64,000 nt of DNA from Candidatus Pelearchaeum maunauluense. GTDB lineage: Archaea; Thermoproteota; Nitrososphaeria_A; Caldarchaeales; Caldarchaeaceae. This document shows positions 19,104 through 28,803 of the stretch, piece after piece. The notes beneath the pieces were generated by a model. The model was not told the DNA's origin, ran no database searches, and saw nothing but the letters and a program-made list of their open reading frames with translations. The translations under genes and the position numbers were made by a program. Numbering within the stretch: position 1 is the first letter of the stretch; each line of letters begins with the position of its first letter. Location: positions 1 through 64,000 of the forward strand of contig JANVYQ010000002.1 in assembly GCA_030059675.1 (NCBI GenBank), in the 5' to 3' direction.

Positions 19104-19224
19104 ATTTTCCGACGCCTAGCGTGATGGATGTTCAGCTCTATATATTGTTATACCTCCTCCAGGGGCTTTGTACCTCATCGCTTAAGTAGAAAAACTTAAA
19201 ACATGAGCCTTAATTTGGGCTTTC

Positions 19225-19860
19225 GTGTCTAGGAGAGCTGCAGAATCCAAGAAGCCAAAACAGACTTACGTAGTCTATGCACCTCCATACTTCGGAGGCC
19301 GCGAGCTGGGAACTACCATAGCGGCAGACCCAAACCACGTATTGGGCCGCGTTCTCCGCACTAGCCTATACGCCCTCACAGATGACTTCTCCAAGCAGTA
19401 TCTCCTGCTTAAGTTTAAGATAGTAAGATTGAAGGATAGTGTTGCTGAGACGATCTTCTATGGTCATGAGTATGGGCGTGAGTTTCTACGCAGCCTGGTT
19501 AGGCGCGGAAGTACGCGGATAGATGGTATCTTTGATGTTAATACGCGGGATGATTTCGCTATGCGCATAACTGCTACGGTCTTCACCATCTGTAGGGTTT
19601 CCACAAGCAGGCAGAAGGCTGTTAGGCGCGTGATGCGCGAAGTTATTGAAGAAGCCGCAACACGGCTAACCCACGACCAGCTGGCGCAGGAGATGGTTAT
19701 AGGAAAGACGGCATCAGACATCTTCAATGCTGCTAAGAAGATAGTCCTCCCACGCCATGTTGGGATTATAAAGTCTAAGGTGCTTAAACTGCCCAGCTGG
19801 GTTTATGAGAGAAGTGTTGAGAGTCAGGCTGTTGAGGAAGCTGTTCCAGCCAGCAGCTAA
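19225..19860 (+). CDS. rps3ae: 30S ribosomal protein eS1 (S3Ae)
   Basis: YAPPYFG, LRSLVRRGSTRID, IIKSKVL. Confidence 0.93.
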   Translation: MSRRAAESKKPKQTYVVYAPPYFGGRELGTTIAADPNHVLGRVLRTSLYALTDDFSKQYLLLKFKIVRLKDSVAETIFYGHEYGREFLRSLVRRGSTRIDGIFDVNTRDDFAMRITATVFTICRVSTSRQKAVRRVMREVIEEAATRLTHDQLAQEMVIGKTASDIFNAAKKIVLPRHVGIIKSKVLKLPSWVYERSVESQAVEEAVPASS

Positions 19861-19900
19861 CCTTTATACACTACGCCGTACAGTATAATCACGACGCTCC

Positions 19901-20236
19901 ATGCCTGAGTTTACGGTTGATGAGCTTCGTAGAATGTTTCCGCATCTCTTTCAGGAGATACAGAGTAGGAGGATGGCTCTTAGATTTAGTGGTATGCGTT
20001 CAAGCCCTGAAGCGGCTGAGCGTGATGCCGAGGCTCCTCTACCAACTGCTGTGGGCTATCTGAGGCGCTGTTATACTGATGAAGAGGCTCGCGACGTGAT
20101 AAGATTCCTCAGGCAGCGGGGGGAGATAAGCGATGAGGAGGCGGAGAGGCTGGAGAAGCAGCTGGAAGAGCATGGCGTAAGAAGCCTCGGCAGCAAGAAA
20201 GAGCCTGGTTATTACTTACAGAACCCACCACGTTAA
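19901..20236 (+). CDS. Conserved archaeal hypothetical protein (DUF2095-like)
   Basis: FPHLFQE, YLRRCYTDEEA, GVRSLGSKKEPGYY. Confidence 0.75.
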   Translation: MPEFTVDELRRMFPHLFQEIQSRRMALRFSGMRSSPEAAERDAEAPLPTAVGYLRRCYTDEEARDVIRFLRQRGEISDEEAERLEKQLEEHGVRSLGSKKEPGYYLQNPPR

Positions 20237-20243
20237 GCCGTGC

Positions 20244-20258
20244 TAATAATCATTATCA
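20244..20258. promoter_or_regulatory. 7-1-7 inverted repeat, candidate operator
   Basis: TAATAAT-C-ATTATCA, one mismatch from TGATAAT-N-ATTATCA, in the AT-rich gap before the ArsR-like gene. Confidence 0.4.
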
Positions 20259-20346
20259 CCCATCCACTTAAAGCATAAGCTTTGGCTAATAGTGGGAAAT
20301 ATTTACTATTAGGTGATATGATGTTTCAGATGTAGGGTGATGTGGG

Positions 20347-20643
20347 CTGGCTGAAGATAGGGAGGATGTTGAACGTTTAGCAAGAGCCTTCGCAGCTCTG
20401 GGAAACCCCGTAAGGCTTAGAATATTACGAATACTCTCAACATCTGATAGGCCGCTTCACATTAAGGCAATAGCAAAGCTCACCAAGACACGTTATAATG
20501 CCGCCTATAAACATGTAAAGATGTTGGAGGAAGCTGGGCTGATTAACATCTTTGAGGTTGGGCGCTCGCGTGTTCTCTCTATTAGGTCGCCTCAGCTTGT
20601 CGAGCAGGTGTGGAGTTTCGGTAAAAACTTTACCGAAAGGTGA
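20347..20643 (+). CDS. ArsR/SmtB-family winged-HTH regulator with CTG start (not in ORF track)
   Basis: Manual translation (M)AEDREDVERLARAFAALGNPVRLRILRIL...AYKHVKMLEEAGLI...GRSR. There is an in-frame TGA at 20338 and SD GGGTGA 6 nt before the CTG. Confidence 0.85.
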   Translation: MAEDREDVERLARAFAALGNPVRLRILRILSTSDRPLHIKAIAKLTKTRYNAAYKHVKMLEEAGLINIFEVGRSRVLSIRSPQLVEQVWSFGKNFTER

Positions 20644-20718
20644 TAATAATATTCTAAAAAATTGTCAATAACTTTAACCATGTAAAACTTTAATTAGCAG
20701 ATAAATCCATTTATCGTC

Positions 20719-21351
20719 ATGAATTTAGGAAAACAAGTTGCTGGGGCCTCAGCCCTAGCGGCGGCAGCCTACGCGATGGCGCTGATGAAGCTCGGAGTAA
20801 GTTTCCCCATACTCCCGTTCCTCAAGTTTGACTTCGCCGAGATACCCGACACGCTGAGCTTCCTCCTCTTTGGATGGAAGATGGGGCTACTCACAGCAGT
20901 AGCGCACTGGCTGGCTCTCCTCATAAACCTCTCCCAACTCACACTAGCACCCCCAGGAGTTCCACAACTAATGAAGCTCCTCGCGGTACTCTCAATGTTC
21001 GTAGGACTGGCAGCAGCCCAGAAACTATTCGCAAGACTTCATGACGAGAAGAAAAAAGCAATAGGCTACACTATACTAGGCGCGATAACACGAACCCTCA
21101 TAATGGCACCCATAGTCTTTGCTCTCTACTACATACTCCTGCCAACAGTCTATCTACCCTTCGCCAAGAAGATGCTCACCGCGGCAGGTTTCGCTGTTGA
21201 GGGAGACTTCCTGATAGCTAGCATGATGACGCTGCTAACCAGTATATTCAACGCTCTACATGCAATACTAATAATCCCGATAAGCTACTCGATAAGGGCG
21301 GCTGTTGTTCGTGCAATCAGGCCCTTCGTCGCGCAGCCACAATCGAGATGA
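20719..21351 (+). CDS. ECF transporter S component (RibU-like)
   Basis: FPILPFLKFDFAEIP motif, about six TM segments, C-terminal IFNALH. Confidence 0.75.
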   Translation: MNLGKQVAGASALAAAAYAMALMKLGVSFPILPFLKFDFAEIPDTLSFLLFGWKMGLLTAVAHWLALLINLSQLTLAPPGVPQLMKLLAVLSMFVGLAAAQKLFARLHDEKKKAIGYTILGAITRTLIMAPIVFALYYILLPTVYLPFAKKMLTAAGFAVEGDFLIASMMTLLTSIFNALHAILIIPISYSIRAAVVRAIRPFVAQPQSR

Positions 21352-22525
21352 CATCATGAGACTTGAGCTTATAATCGTCTCCCAGCCTCATTCCTGTTTT
21401 TGCGTCAATAGCATATAGGAAGCTCTCGCCCAGGTCTGTGTGTATCTTGTATGCCAGGTCGCGGGGTGTGGAGCCGCGCTGCACGAGATAGACGTCAGGC
21501 AAGACATTACCTTGATGATCGGTTAGCTTATCTGGGTCTTCAACAGGGAAGACAGGTATATAGCCCAGCTTCTCAACATAAGCCTTGTCTATTACCTGTT
21601 GCACCCCTGTCCCTCCCCAAGGCTTCAAGACGCGCTCGCGTATGTTTTCAAGTGCGCGCAGCTGCTGCTGTGTTAGCCGATGACTATCCACAATCTCGAA
21701 ATCACTGTCGCCAGGGATGTATTTTATCAAGCCCTTCTCAACAGCCAGTCTTAGAACCCGCTCAGCCTCAGCTGAGCATGGAACAACGTCATAACCAGCG
21801 CTCTTCAGACGGGTAATGCCATCATGGGCTTGTTTCATATCCGCCTTATTGGCGGCAACTACTATCGGCTTAGTAGCTCGTCTTATCGCTGTAGCAAGCT
21901 TGGCCAGCTCTTCGTCACCCCATCTAGTTGGACGCGCCTCGTCTAGACGTAGCTCGTCAAGAACTGCGTGGATGTGGTTCTCAGATACCCCCAGACCTGA
22001 GAGCTTCCGCGCAAGCTCAGCCCTGAGATTCAACTGCCTAGCCTCAGCACCACGCGAAATACGCGGCCAGTCCCGTTTTATCAAACCAGCTATCCAAAGA
22101 TCTATCTCTCGTTCTACAATCTCAACATCAAGTAGGGGATCATGGGTTGATGGCTCCACAGGTGTTCCATCATCAGCAGTAGCACCAGCAGCGTCGCATA
22201 CAATAATGAGCGCAGACGCCTGCCTAATATCATCCAAGAACTGAAGACCAAGACCACGTCCAGCATGAGCGCCTGCAATAATCCCAGGGCAGTCTATAAC
22301 CTGTATAGGCACAAGCCTTATACCATCAACGCATAAAGAGTTGCGAGGATTATCCTGCACACCCAAGCTCTTACATACGCAGGGAGTTCGTAGATGCGTT
22401 ACACCCACATTGGGCTTGGTTGTCGTGAAGGGGTAGTTAGCCACCTCAACAGGAACTAGGGTAAGAGCCGAGAAGAACGTACTCTTACCAACATTTGGTT
22501 TTCCAACTATCCCCGCAAGCTCCAC
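21317..22525 (-). CDS. ychF: YchF/OLA1-family GTPase/ATPase with TGS domain
   Basis: GKPNVGKST, ANYPFTT, DCPG, NKAD, AYKIHTDLG. Confidence 0.92.
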   Translation of the reverse strand: MELAGIVGKPNVGKSTFFSALTLVPVEVANYPFTTTKPNVGVTHLRTPCVCKSLGVQDNPRNSLCVDGIRLVPIQVIDCPGIIAGAHAGRGLGLQFLDDIRQASALIIVCDAAGATADDGTPVEPSTHDPLLDVEIVEREIDLWIAGLIKRDWPRISRGAEARQLNLRAELARKLSGLGVSENHIHAVLDELRLDEARPTRWGDEELAKLATAIRRATKPIVVAANKADMKQAHDGITRLKSAGYDVVPCSAEAERVLRLAVEKGLIKYIPGDSDFEIVDSHRLTQQQLRALENIRERVLKPWGGTGVQQVIDKAYVEKLGYIPVFPVEDPDKLTDHQGNVLPDVYLVQRGSTPRDLAYKIHTDLGESFLYAIDAKTGMRLGDDYKLKSHDVISIVAARRRA

Positions 22526-22582
22526 AATAGCTTATAACAAATAGAACGTTAAGTATTTTGTCAATGGTGTTTGTGTTGATAA

Positions 22583-23056
22583 TTATCTCAGGAGTTTGGG
22601 GCTGAGGCTTAGGTTTGTGTCGTTTTTGATTGCTGGGTGGTGTGGGTCTACAGCTATTACCTCAAACCACTTGTATAGACTATCGTATGCGAGTGGATAC
22701 GCACCTAAGACATGCAGGTTTGGATAGCGTTTCCTAACCTTATTGATGGCCTCCTCCTTCATGGTGACATTTACCTTGTGCTTTACTACGCCTATGGCTT
22801 TTGGCCTCCTTCCGGCTCTTGGCCTAGGTTTCTGGAACCCTCCCTTCCTGACACGCACCCTCAGTACTACTACGCCCTGTTTAGCGCGATAGCCCAGTTG
22901 CCGCGCCCTGTCTATACGCAGTGGCCTCTCAACCCTAACTATAGACTTCTCACGCCTCCACTTCATTAGCCGCTTCTTCATCAGCTCCCTAAGCTCTTCT
23001 GGCCGCTTCCTCCACATCTGCTGGAGCACACTGTACAGAGATGTCAAGGCCTCCAC
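22583..23056 (-). CDS. rpl15e: 50S ribosomal protein eL15 (short form)
   Basis: RIDRARQLGYRAKQG, RVRVRKGG, YKWFEVIAVDPHHPAI. Confidence 0.95.
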   Translation of the reverse strand: MEALTSLYSVLQQMWRKRPEELRELMKKRLMKWRREKSIVRVERPLRIDRARQLGYRAKQGVVVLRVRVRKGGFQKPRPRAGRRPKAIGVVKHKVNVTMKEEAINKVRKRYPNLHVLGAYPLAYDSLYKWFEVIAVDPHHPAIKNDTNLSLSPKLLR

Positions 23057-23160
23057 TCTCCCTATGCTCCATGACTCTCTTCTATCCGCCTCTTAAACCC
23101 TTATCCCGCCTCCCTTGCCATGCATAAAGCCCTAAAACCCGCCTCTCGCCCCCTCTCTAG

Positions 23161-23601
23161 ATGTTGGGAGCCGCCATGCTCAGTTTTAGACTTACAGCCC
23201 TCCGCGCGCGTGTCTTATGCTACTCAACGGAGAACCCCACTAAGGTTAGGAGAGCGCTGAGCAATCTGCTAGGCGATACAAATCTACAACTCACCTCAAA
23301 GAAGGTTGAGGGATACTATGGAGACCCCATATACATAATAGAATACCGAACCAGCGATTCTAGGATTATTGATAGAGTTTTTTCAGGTCTCTTACGTGGG
23401 CTTGGAGGGCTTATGAGGCTGGCCATCGAGGAAGGGCTTGAAATGACCTCTAAAGAGCATGGAAGGATACATCTAAGACTGGATAAGCAGGCAGCTTACC
23501 AGGGTAGGTATGAGTTGTGCGACGCTGATGCGGTGAAGCTGGAGTTCAGCTTTGAGGGAGACCCGCGCGAAGTGTTTGAAGAGGGGGGCCAGCAATCCTG
23601 A
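23161..23601 (+). CDS. Predicted RNA-binding protein (DUF54-like)
   Basis: YSTENPTKV, EGYYGDPI, LRLDKQAAY; adjacent to RNase P genes. Confidence 0.75.
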   Translation: MLGAAMLSFRLTALRARVLCYSTENPTKVRRALSNLLGDTNLQLTSKKVEGYYGDPIYIIEYRTSDSRIIDRVFSGLLRGLGGLMRLAIEEGLEMTSKEHGRIHLRLDKQAAYQGRYELCDADAVKLEFSFEGDPREVFEEGGQQS

Positions 23602-24239
23602 GCAGGCGTTTCATAGACTTCTGGGTCAAGGCTAGAACCCTTGAAGAAGCTGAGAAGCTACTGGAGAGACTCTCGTCCCTGGGCTTCTCCGCTTGCTGCC
23701 TAGAGACGGGAATGGAAGGTAAGGAGTACAAAGAAGTGGCTGAAGTGGGAGTAGCTTACAAGATGGAGGTTGTCCGCAAGAGGGTTGTGGAAGCGCGTAG
23801 CAGGATTGATGTGCTCCAAGCTCTGAGGAAGAAAAAACCAAGCGAGATATGCGCAGTAACTCCAAGGACACGCGAGGCTTTCTTGGTGGCTGCGCGTGAT
23901 GAAAGGGTTGATACTATAATAATACATGAGGAGCTGGTGGAGTTGGATAGGCATATTCTAAAAGTTCTCAAGAACTTTCTAGAGCTACCGCTGGATACGG
24001 TCTTTAAAGCAATTGACGACAGTACTGTGCTTACCCGCCTGGTTAATGTCCTCCGAGTAGTAGCTGCGGTGGAGCTTCCCCTTATCATATCAAGCGGCGC
24101 ATCCCTGCCTGAGCGTTTACGCTCACCACGTCAGCTTGCAGCAGTACTTAACGCATTTGGGATAGAGCAGGTGAAGAGCCTTGACGCAGTATCCAACATA
24201 CCTGAACAAATACTGGGTAGGTGGAGGGCGGTGAAGTGA
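23598..24239 (+). CDS. rnp3: RNase P protein subunit Rpp30, probable CTG start
   Basis: AARDERVD and IISSGA...LRSPRQL. The N-terminal SRRFIDFWV strand is reachable only from CTG 23598 (CTGA overlap; in-frame TGA at 23577). Confidence 0.82.
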   Translation: MSRRFIDFWVKARTLEEAEKLLERLSSLGFSACCLETGMEGKEYKEVAEVGVAYKMEVVRKRVVEARSRIDVLQALRKKKPSEICAVTPRTREAFLVAARDERVDTIIIHEELVELDRHILKVLKNFLELPLDTVFKAIDDSTVLTRLVNVLRVVAAVELPLIISSGASLPERLRSPRQLAAVLNAFGIEQVKSLDAVSNIPEQILGRWRAVK

Positions 24240-24568
24240 GTGAGCGCGTCTTAAGACTTCGGCGGAGGTACGTGGCTGTCTGCTGCTATCCTAATGAGCG
24301 GCAGCCTGAACAGCTATGGGATGCGGTTAGGCTAGTCTTTGTAAAACTATTCGGCGAGCTGGCACTAATTGAGTCAGGTTTACGCAAAGTTAGGAGCAGA
24401 CACCATAAGGACTTGCTGATAATAGCGTGCTATCATTCATGGCTTCCTAAAGCCCTCGCGGCCATCACGTTGGTAAAGAGTGTCAACGGAATGGATGTCT
24501 CGCTGGATGTTATCACGGTCTCAGGAACTATAAGGGCGTTGAGGAGGAGAATTGTTGCCCAGAGATAA
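24236..24568 (+). CDS. rnp2: RNase P protein subunit Pop5/Rpp14
   Basis: RRRYVAV, LFGE, VSGTIRALRR; GTGA overlap with rnp3. Confidence 0.88.
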   Translation: MSERVLRLRRRYVAVCCYPNERQPEQLWDAVRLVFVKLFGELALIESGLRKVRSRHHKDLLIIACYHSWLPKALAAITLVKSVNGMDVSLDVITVSGTIRALRRRIVAQR

Positions 24569-25196
24569 TAGAATGTTAGCGGCTCTCTTAGCATGGGCTC
24601 TGGCTCTTTTGGCTCTCAACCTTTCAGCCTACATACCTGGGGAAAACGAGCTTCTCCTCTTTATAAGGCCGCAGGTTGCTCTAGCATTAGTTGCCATTCC
24701 ACTAGCCCTAGGCAGCAAAGAATCGCGCAAGACGTTCCGCACATTTACTAAAAACACGACAAAGAAGATAGCGCCGATAACAATCATCGCTATCGGCGCT
24801 GCGCAACTCGTGGGAATATCTACACTCCTATTATACCCACCAGATACATACTACATAAATATCCTTAAGCAATTAGCGCCTAGCGATGCATGGGACCTGA
24901 TGATTAAGCTGGCGCTCACCTGGGTTGTTGTGGCGCCTGTTGAGGAAATATTCTTCAGGGGAGTAATTCATACTTGGCTTAGACAGGTTCTCCCATCTCG
25001 TCCATCGGCGGCTTTCTCAAGCATCATATTTGCGGTGAGCCATCTAGACCCCTGGAGGTTCCTCCCTACTGTAATAATCGGCTACGCGACTGCGGTGGTG
25101 CTTGAACGAACTAAAACTATCATGAGTAGTATAGTTGTGCATGGTTTAAACAATAGCGCGGCTCTCGTCTTAGCTCTGTTTTGGCTTTACCCCTGA
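24552..25196 (+). CDS. CPBP (Abi/CAAX) intramembrane glutamic endopeptidase
   Basis: APVEEIFFRG, FAVSH, HGLNN. Confidence 0.88.
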   Translation: MLPRDNRMLAALLAWALALLALNLSAYIPGENELLLFIRPQVALALVAIPLALGSKESRKTFRTFTKNTTKKIAPITIIAIGAAQLVGISTLLLYPPDTYYINILKQLAPSDAWDLMIKLALTWVVVAPVEEIFFRGVIHTWLRQVLPSRPSAAFSSIIFAVSHLDPWRFLPTVIIGYATAVVLERTKTIMSSIVVHGLNNSAALVLALFWLYP

Positions 25197-26089
25197 GCGC
25201 GGCCGCAGTTAGGGCAGAACTTTTCACCCTCTTCCATGGCCTCACCGCAAAACTTACACTTATACGATTGCTCTGGATTTTCTCCAGGGTTTTCCTTTGC
25301 AAGAAGCTGTAGCTCCGCCTCGCGACGTTTCTCAAACTTCCTAGCTATTATTACCGAGAGCTCAAGAAGCAGGACTAGAGGGAGGAAGAGAACGCTATTA
25401 CCGACGAGCCAGCCATCAGGGGTTATTAGCGCTATAATTATGTAGAGACCACCGTAGATGTAGAGCCTATTCTTTCTGAATAGCCTCGTGCTCACTACGC
25501 CAAACCTCACCAGAACCACGAAGACAGCGGGAGCTGTGAATACCAACCCGATTAATAATACGGTAGTAAATACGAGCGCGTAGAAATCCATTAGGAGGAC
25601 TAGAGGTTCTGCCCCGGTGAACTCAAAGAAGATGAGCATCGTTCTAAATATTAGAGGCGCGGCGACGAAATAGCCGAAGGCCACACCTACTAGAAATAAC
25701 CCTGTAAATGCTGCGACGAATCCATAGATTATCCGTCTCTCATGTGGGTAGAGTGCTGGGTCTATGTAGGCGTAAATCTCGTACGCGATTATTGGTGAGC
25801 TGGTAATCATGCCTAGGAAGATGGCTCCTAGGAAGTAGAGCTCCAGAGGTGATGTTATCCTTCCCGCGATTAGATTGACCGCATCGCCAGCTATGTCTGT
25901 CTTTACCTTCTCTATGAGAACCGAGATGAAGGGCCTGTAAAGCCCTGATATTGGGTCTATGTTTAGGTCTGCGGGGAACGCGAGCCAAAAAATCGTGCTT
26001 ATTATGAGCGCTAGAAATATAACCTTAACTCTATCCCTAAGCTCGCGTATATGCTCTATAAATGGCATCTCCTTATCTTTAGACCGCAT
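25187..26089 (-). CDS. tatC: Twin-arginine translocase TatC with C-terminal zinc ribbon
   Basis: EHIRELRDR, PALYPHER, ALITPDG; ends with CKFC...CPNCG. Confidence 0.93.
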   Translation of the reverse strand: MRSKDKEMPFIEHIRELRDRVKVIFLALIISTIFWLAFPADLNIDPISGLYRPFISVLIEKVKTDIAGDAVNLIAGRITSPLELYFLGAIFLGMITSSPIIAYEIYAYIDPALYPHERRIIYGFVAAFTGLFLVGVAFGYFVAAPLIFRTMLIFFEFTGAEPLVLLMDFYALVFTTVLLIGLVFTAPAVFVVLVRFGVVSTRLFRKNRLYIYGGLYIIIALITPDGWLVGNSVLFLPLVLLLELSVIIARKFEKRREAELQLLAKENPGENPEQSYKCKFCGEAMEEGEKFCPNCGRAQG

Positions 26090-26120
26090 CGGCCCCGCCT
26101 ACGCAGCTATCCCGAAATGC

Positions 26121-26369
26121 TTATTGCGTGGATTTAAGCTTCTTCCGAATCTCTTCCACGATTTCGTCCTCGCTCCTGCATTCCACATCTATCCCTAGAG
26201 CCTCGGCAACCTTGTATATGTCGCTACTAGACTTCTCCTCTCTAACACTTTCGCGATACTCCCTGACGAGACGCCCCATTGAGCGGCCGAAGTCGGAGAG
26301 AAGCTTGGGTTTAAAGAATATAATAAATAGTATAACCAGTAGAGCTATCTCAAGCGGCCCCAGTGGCAT
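26121..26369 (-). CDS. tatA: TatA/TatB-family subunit
   Basis: GPLEIALL TM, PKLLSDFGRSMG amphipathic helix, AEALGI tail. Confidence 0.8.
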   Translation of the reverse strand: MPLGPLEIALLVILFIIFFKPKLLSDFGRSMGRLVREYRESVREEKSSSDIYKVAEALGIDVECRSEDEIVEEIRKKLKSTQ

Positions 26370-26379
26370 GTTCGTTTTT

Positions 26380-26709
26380 TCAGCCCTGCTTCTGCTGTGC
26401 CTTATTCACTATCTCTCGCGCTATCTCATCGCGCGTCTTGCCCTCTGTTGAGATACCTAAAGACTTGGCAACCTCCAGTAGCTTATCATCGCCCGCCTGG
26501 GCTGCTGCTACACTACCAGAGGATGTGGAGATTATAGACGGCTTCACTACACTTGACGTTTCCTCTTCTAAAGCTTTTGACGCCTTCTCAAACTCTCTCT
26601 TCGCCTGACCTATGGAGCGGGCTATCTTCGGAAGCTTCTCAGGACCCCATAGCAGCAGGACTATTATAATCACGCCGACGACAATCCATTCAATACCGTA
26701 TATCGGCAC
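26380..26709 (-). CDS. tatA: TatA subunit
   Basis: LLWGPEKLPKIARSIGQAKREF. Confidence 0.92.
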   Translation of the reverse strand: MPIYGIEWIVVGVIIIVLLLWGPEKLPKIARSIGQAKREFEKASKALEEETSSVVKPSIISTSSGSVAAAQAGDDKLLEVAKSLGISTEGKTRDEIAREIVNKAQQKQG

Positions 26710-26840
26710 GGCACTAACACACTCCGAAAATCCCTTCTCAGCTAGCTATATATAAGGTTTGTCAAAAACCTCGCAACACCATAGTAGGTAAGAAATGGTT
26801 AAAGGCTCTGAAGGGAAGGCTACTGGCTGGTGCGTGAAGG

Positions 26841-27308
26841 ATGCCCGAAGTAGGTGATAAAGCGCCAGACTTCAGCTTAGTAGACCAAGAGAGGAAGCCA
26901 AGAACATTGAGCGAGTTTCGTGGAAAGAAGGTTGTCCTGGCATTTTTCCCAGGTGCTTTTACTTCTGTATGCACTAAGGAGATGTGCACGTTCCGCGATA
27001 ATATGGCTAAATTCAACCAGCTTGATGCTGTTGTTCTGGGTATAAGCGTAAACGACCCGTTTACGCAGAAGGCTTTCGCAGAGGCCAACGATCTTGGATT
27101 CCCATTATTGTCTGACTATGCGCGAGAGGTTGTTCGTAAGTATGGTGTGTACCACGAGAACTTCGCTGGTCTTGAAGGATACACGGCAGCAAAGCGTGCA
27201 GTGTTCATACTTGATGGCGAGGGAGTGATTAAGTATAAATGGGTGAGCGACGACCCTACAAAAGAACCCAATTACGATGAGATAATCTCTGCGCTCTCAA
27301 AACTTTAG
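26841..27308 (+). CDS. Peroxiredoxin (AhpC/TSA family)
   Basis: FFPGAFTSVCTKEMC, FPLLSD. Confidence 0.9.
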   Translation: MPEVGDKAPDFSLVDQERKPRTLSEFRGKKVVLAFFPGAFTSVCTKEMCTFRDNMAKFNQLDAVVLGISVNDPFTQKAFAEANDLGFPLLSDYAREVVRKYGVYHENFAGLEGYTAAKRAVFILDGEGVIKYKWVSDDPTKEPNYDEIISALSKL

Positions 27309-27646
27309 GCTGTAGCGCCTAATCTGGCGATAAGCTTCTTAAGAGCTGAGGCAAGGTCAATTATTTCTTCATCAGTCCGCAGATGCTCGCGAAGCGCATT
27401 AATCATACGCTGCTCAAGTATCTTCGCACCCGCTCCAAACATCTCTCTGAGAGCTGCCAAGAATTCCTCAGGCTTATACGGTATGTCGCGCCGGGATACG
27501 TTATACCTATTCGCCAAGTGCCAGAAAATAACTCTCTTGGAAGTCTCGCCTAACGGCTCTAGGGCCTCGTCTATAATATTTAGAACTACTGTTATGAGGT
27601 TGTTGTTTTCCGTGTCTTTGTAGGCTGCTGATTGTCTGGCTGCCAT
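27305..27646 (-). CDS. Small helical protein (DUF3227/NitrOD5-like)
   Basis: IDEALEPLGE...IFWHL...IPYKPEEFLAALREMFGAGAKILE pattern. Confidence 0.6.
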   Translation of the reverse strand: MAARQSAAYKDTENNNLITVVLNIIDEALEPLGETSKRVIFWHLANRYNVSRRDIPYKPEEFLAALREMFGAGAKILEQRMINALREHLRTDEEIIDLASALKKLIARLGATA

Positions 27647-27755
27647 TTACCGTAATTCATTTGATATTCCACAGTACTATAAAAACATATCCAAAGGCGC
27701 TATATTGGCGGTCATAACAGAATAAACAATGGCCAAACGTTTAGCATGAATAACT

Positions 27756-28514
27756 TTACCGCATAACAGCGCCGCCGTCAATTATTATTGTTTGGCCGTT
27801 TATGAATGAGGCCTTATCGGAGCAGAGGAAGGAGACGACAGATGCAACTTCGCGCGGCTCGCCCCACCTGTTTGCTGGCGCCTCTGCGGCTGCTGCTTTA
27901 AACTCCTCCTCGCTCAACACGCTTATAGTTGGTTTAGTCTTTATGTTCCCAAGCGCTAGGGTGTATGCTCTTACGCCATGCTTGGCGTATTCATGCGCTA
28001 TGTGCTTGGTCAGGCTTATGAGCGCTGCCTTTGCGAAGGTATATGCTGCCCCATGGCTCTGTCCAGTAATAGCGGGTGTGGAGCTGATGTTTATCACGAC
28101 TCCCCCACGCTGTTTAACCATCACGGGAATGGCCCTAATCGCACAGCGTAGGCTCCCTAGGAAATCAACCTGCATGACGGCTAGAACCTCTTCCTCCCTA
28201 ACCTCATGCAGAGGTTTAAACCACAAATCCCTATTCATGGGATAGCCAGCTACATTAACCAGACAATCCACCCGTCCAAACTCTCCCAGAACCATGTTGA
28301 AGAAATTATCAACGCTGGAAGAGCTTGATACATCAAGCTTTTTCACGCGAATCTTATCGCTGGATAAACGCTCTGCGAGCTCTCTGAGCTTATCCTCACG
28401 TCTCGCCCCTGCGCATACTATAGCGCCCTCGCTGACCAGCTCCTCAACCACCACGGAGCCTATCTCACCGCTTGCTCCAGTAACTATACATACACGACCA
28501 TCCAGCAACGGCAT
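27756..28514 (-). CDS. SDR-family oxidoreductase
   Basis: TGASGEIG, NVAG, NISS, YTFAK. Confidence 0.9.
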   Translation of the reverse strand: MPLLDGRVCIVTGASGEIGSVVVEELVSEGAIVCAGARREDKLRELAERLSSDKIRVKKLDVSSSSSVDNFFNMVLGEFGRVDCLVNVAGYPMNRDLWFKPLHEVREEEVLAVMQVDFLGSLRCAIRAIPVMVKQRGGVVINISSTPAITGQSHGAAYTFAKAALISLTKHIAHEYAKHGVRAYTLALGNIKTKPTISVLSEEEFKAAAAEAPANRWGEPREVASVVSFLCSDKASFINGQTIIIDGGAVMR

Positions 28515-28556
28515 ATTACATTGCTGCGAGTCTAGGTATAATAAATTAATCGCTGG

Positions 28557-28802
28557 TTAGCTGTTCATAGTTTTCGCAGTCTGCTCAGCTATCTTGGCCA
28601 TGCTGAGTATATCATCTATCGTCGCCAGCAGGCTTTGTAACGATCTCCGACAATATACCTTGAATATAACGCGCTTTCCCTCCAGCTCTGCGTTTACCTC
28701 AAGCCCTGCTGGTAGAGGCTTATTGTCGGGAAACAGGGCTTTGAAGACTACCTCAGCTACATGCTCATCCTCAAACTCCATCTCAACGCGCGCGTTGCTC
28801 AT
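28557..28802 (-). CDS. pcc1: KEOPS complex subunit Pcc1
   Basis: FKALFPDN...SLLATIDDIL; canonical position after the DHH gene. Confidence 0.8.
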   Translation of the reverse strand: MSNARVEMEFEDEHVAEVVFKALFPDNKPLPAGLEVNAELEGKRVIFKVYCRRSLQSLLATIDDILSMAKIAEQTAKTMNS

Positions 28803-28803
28803 C

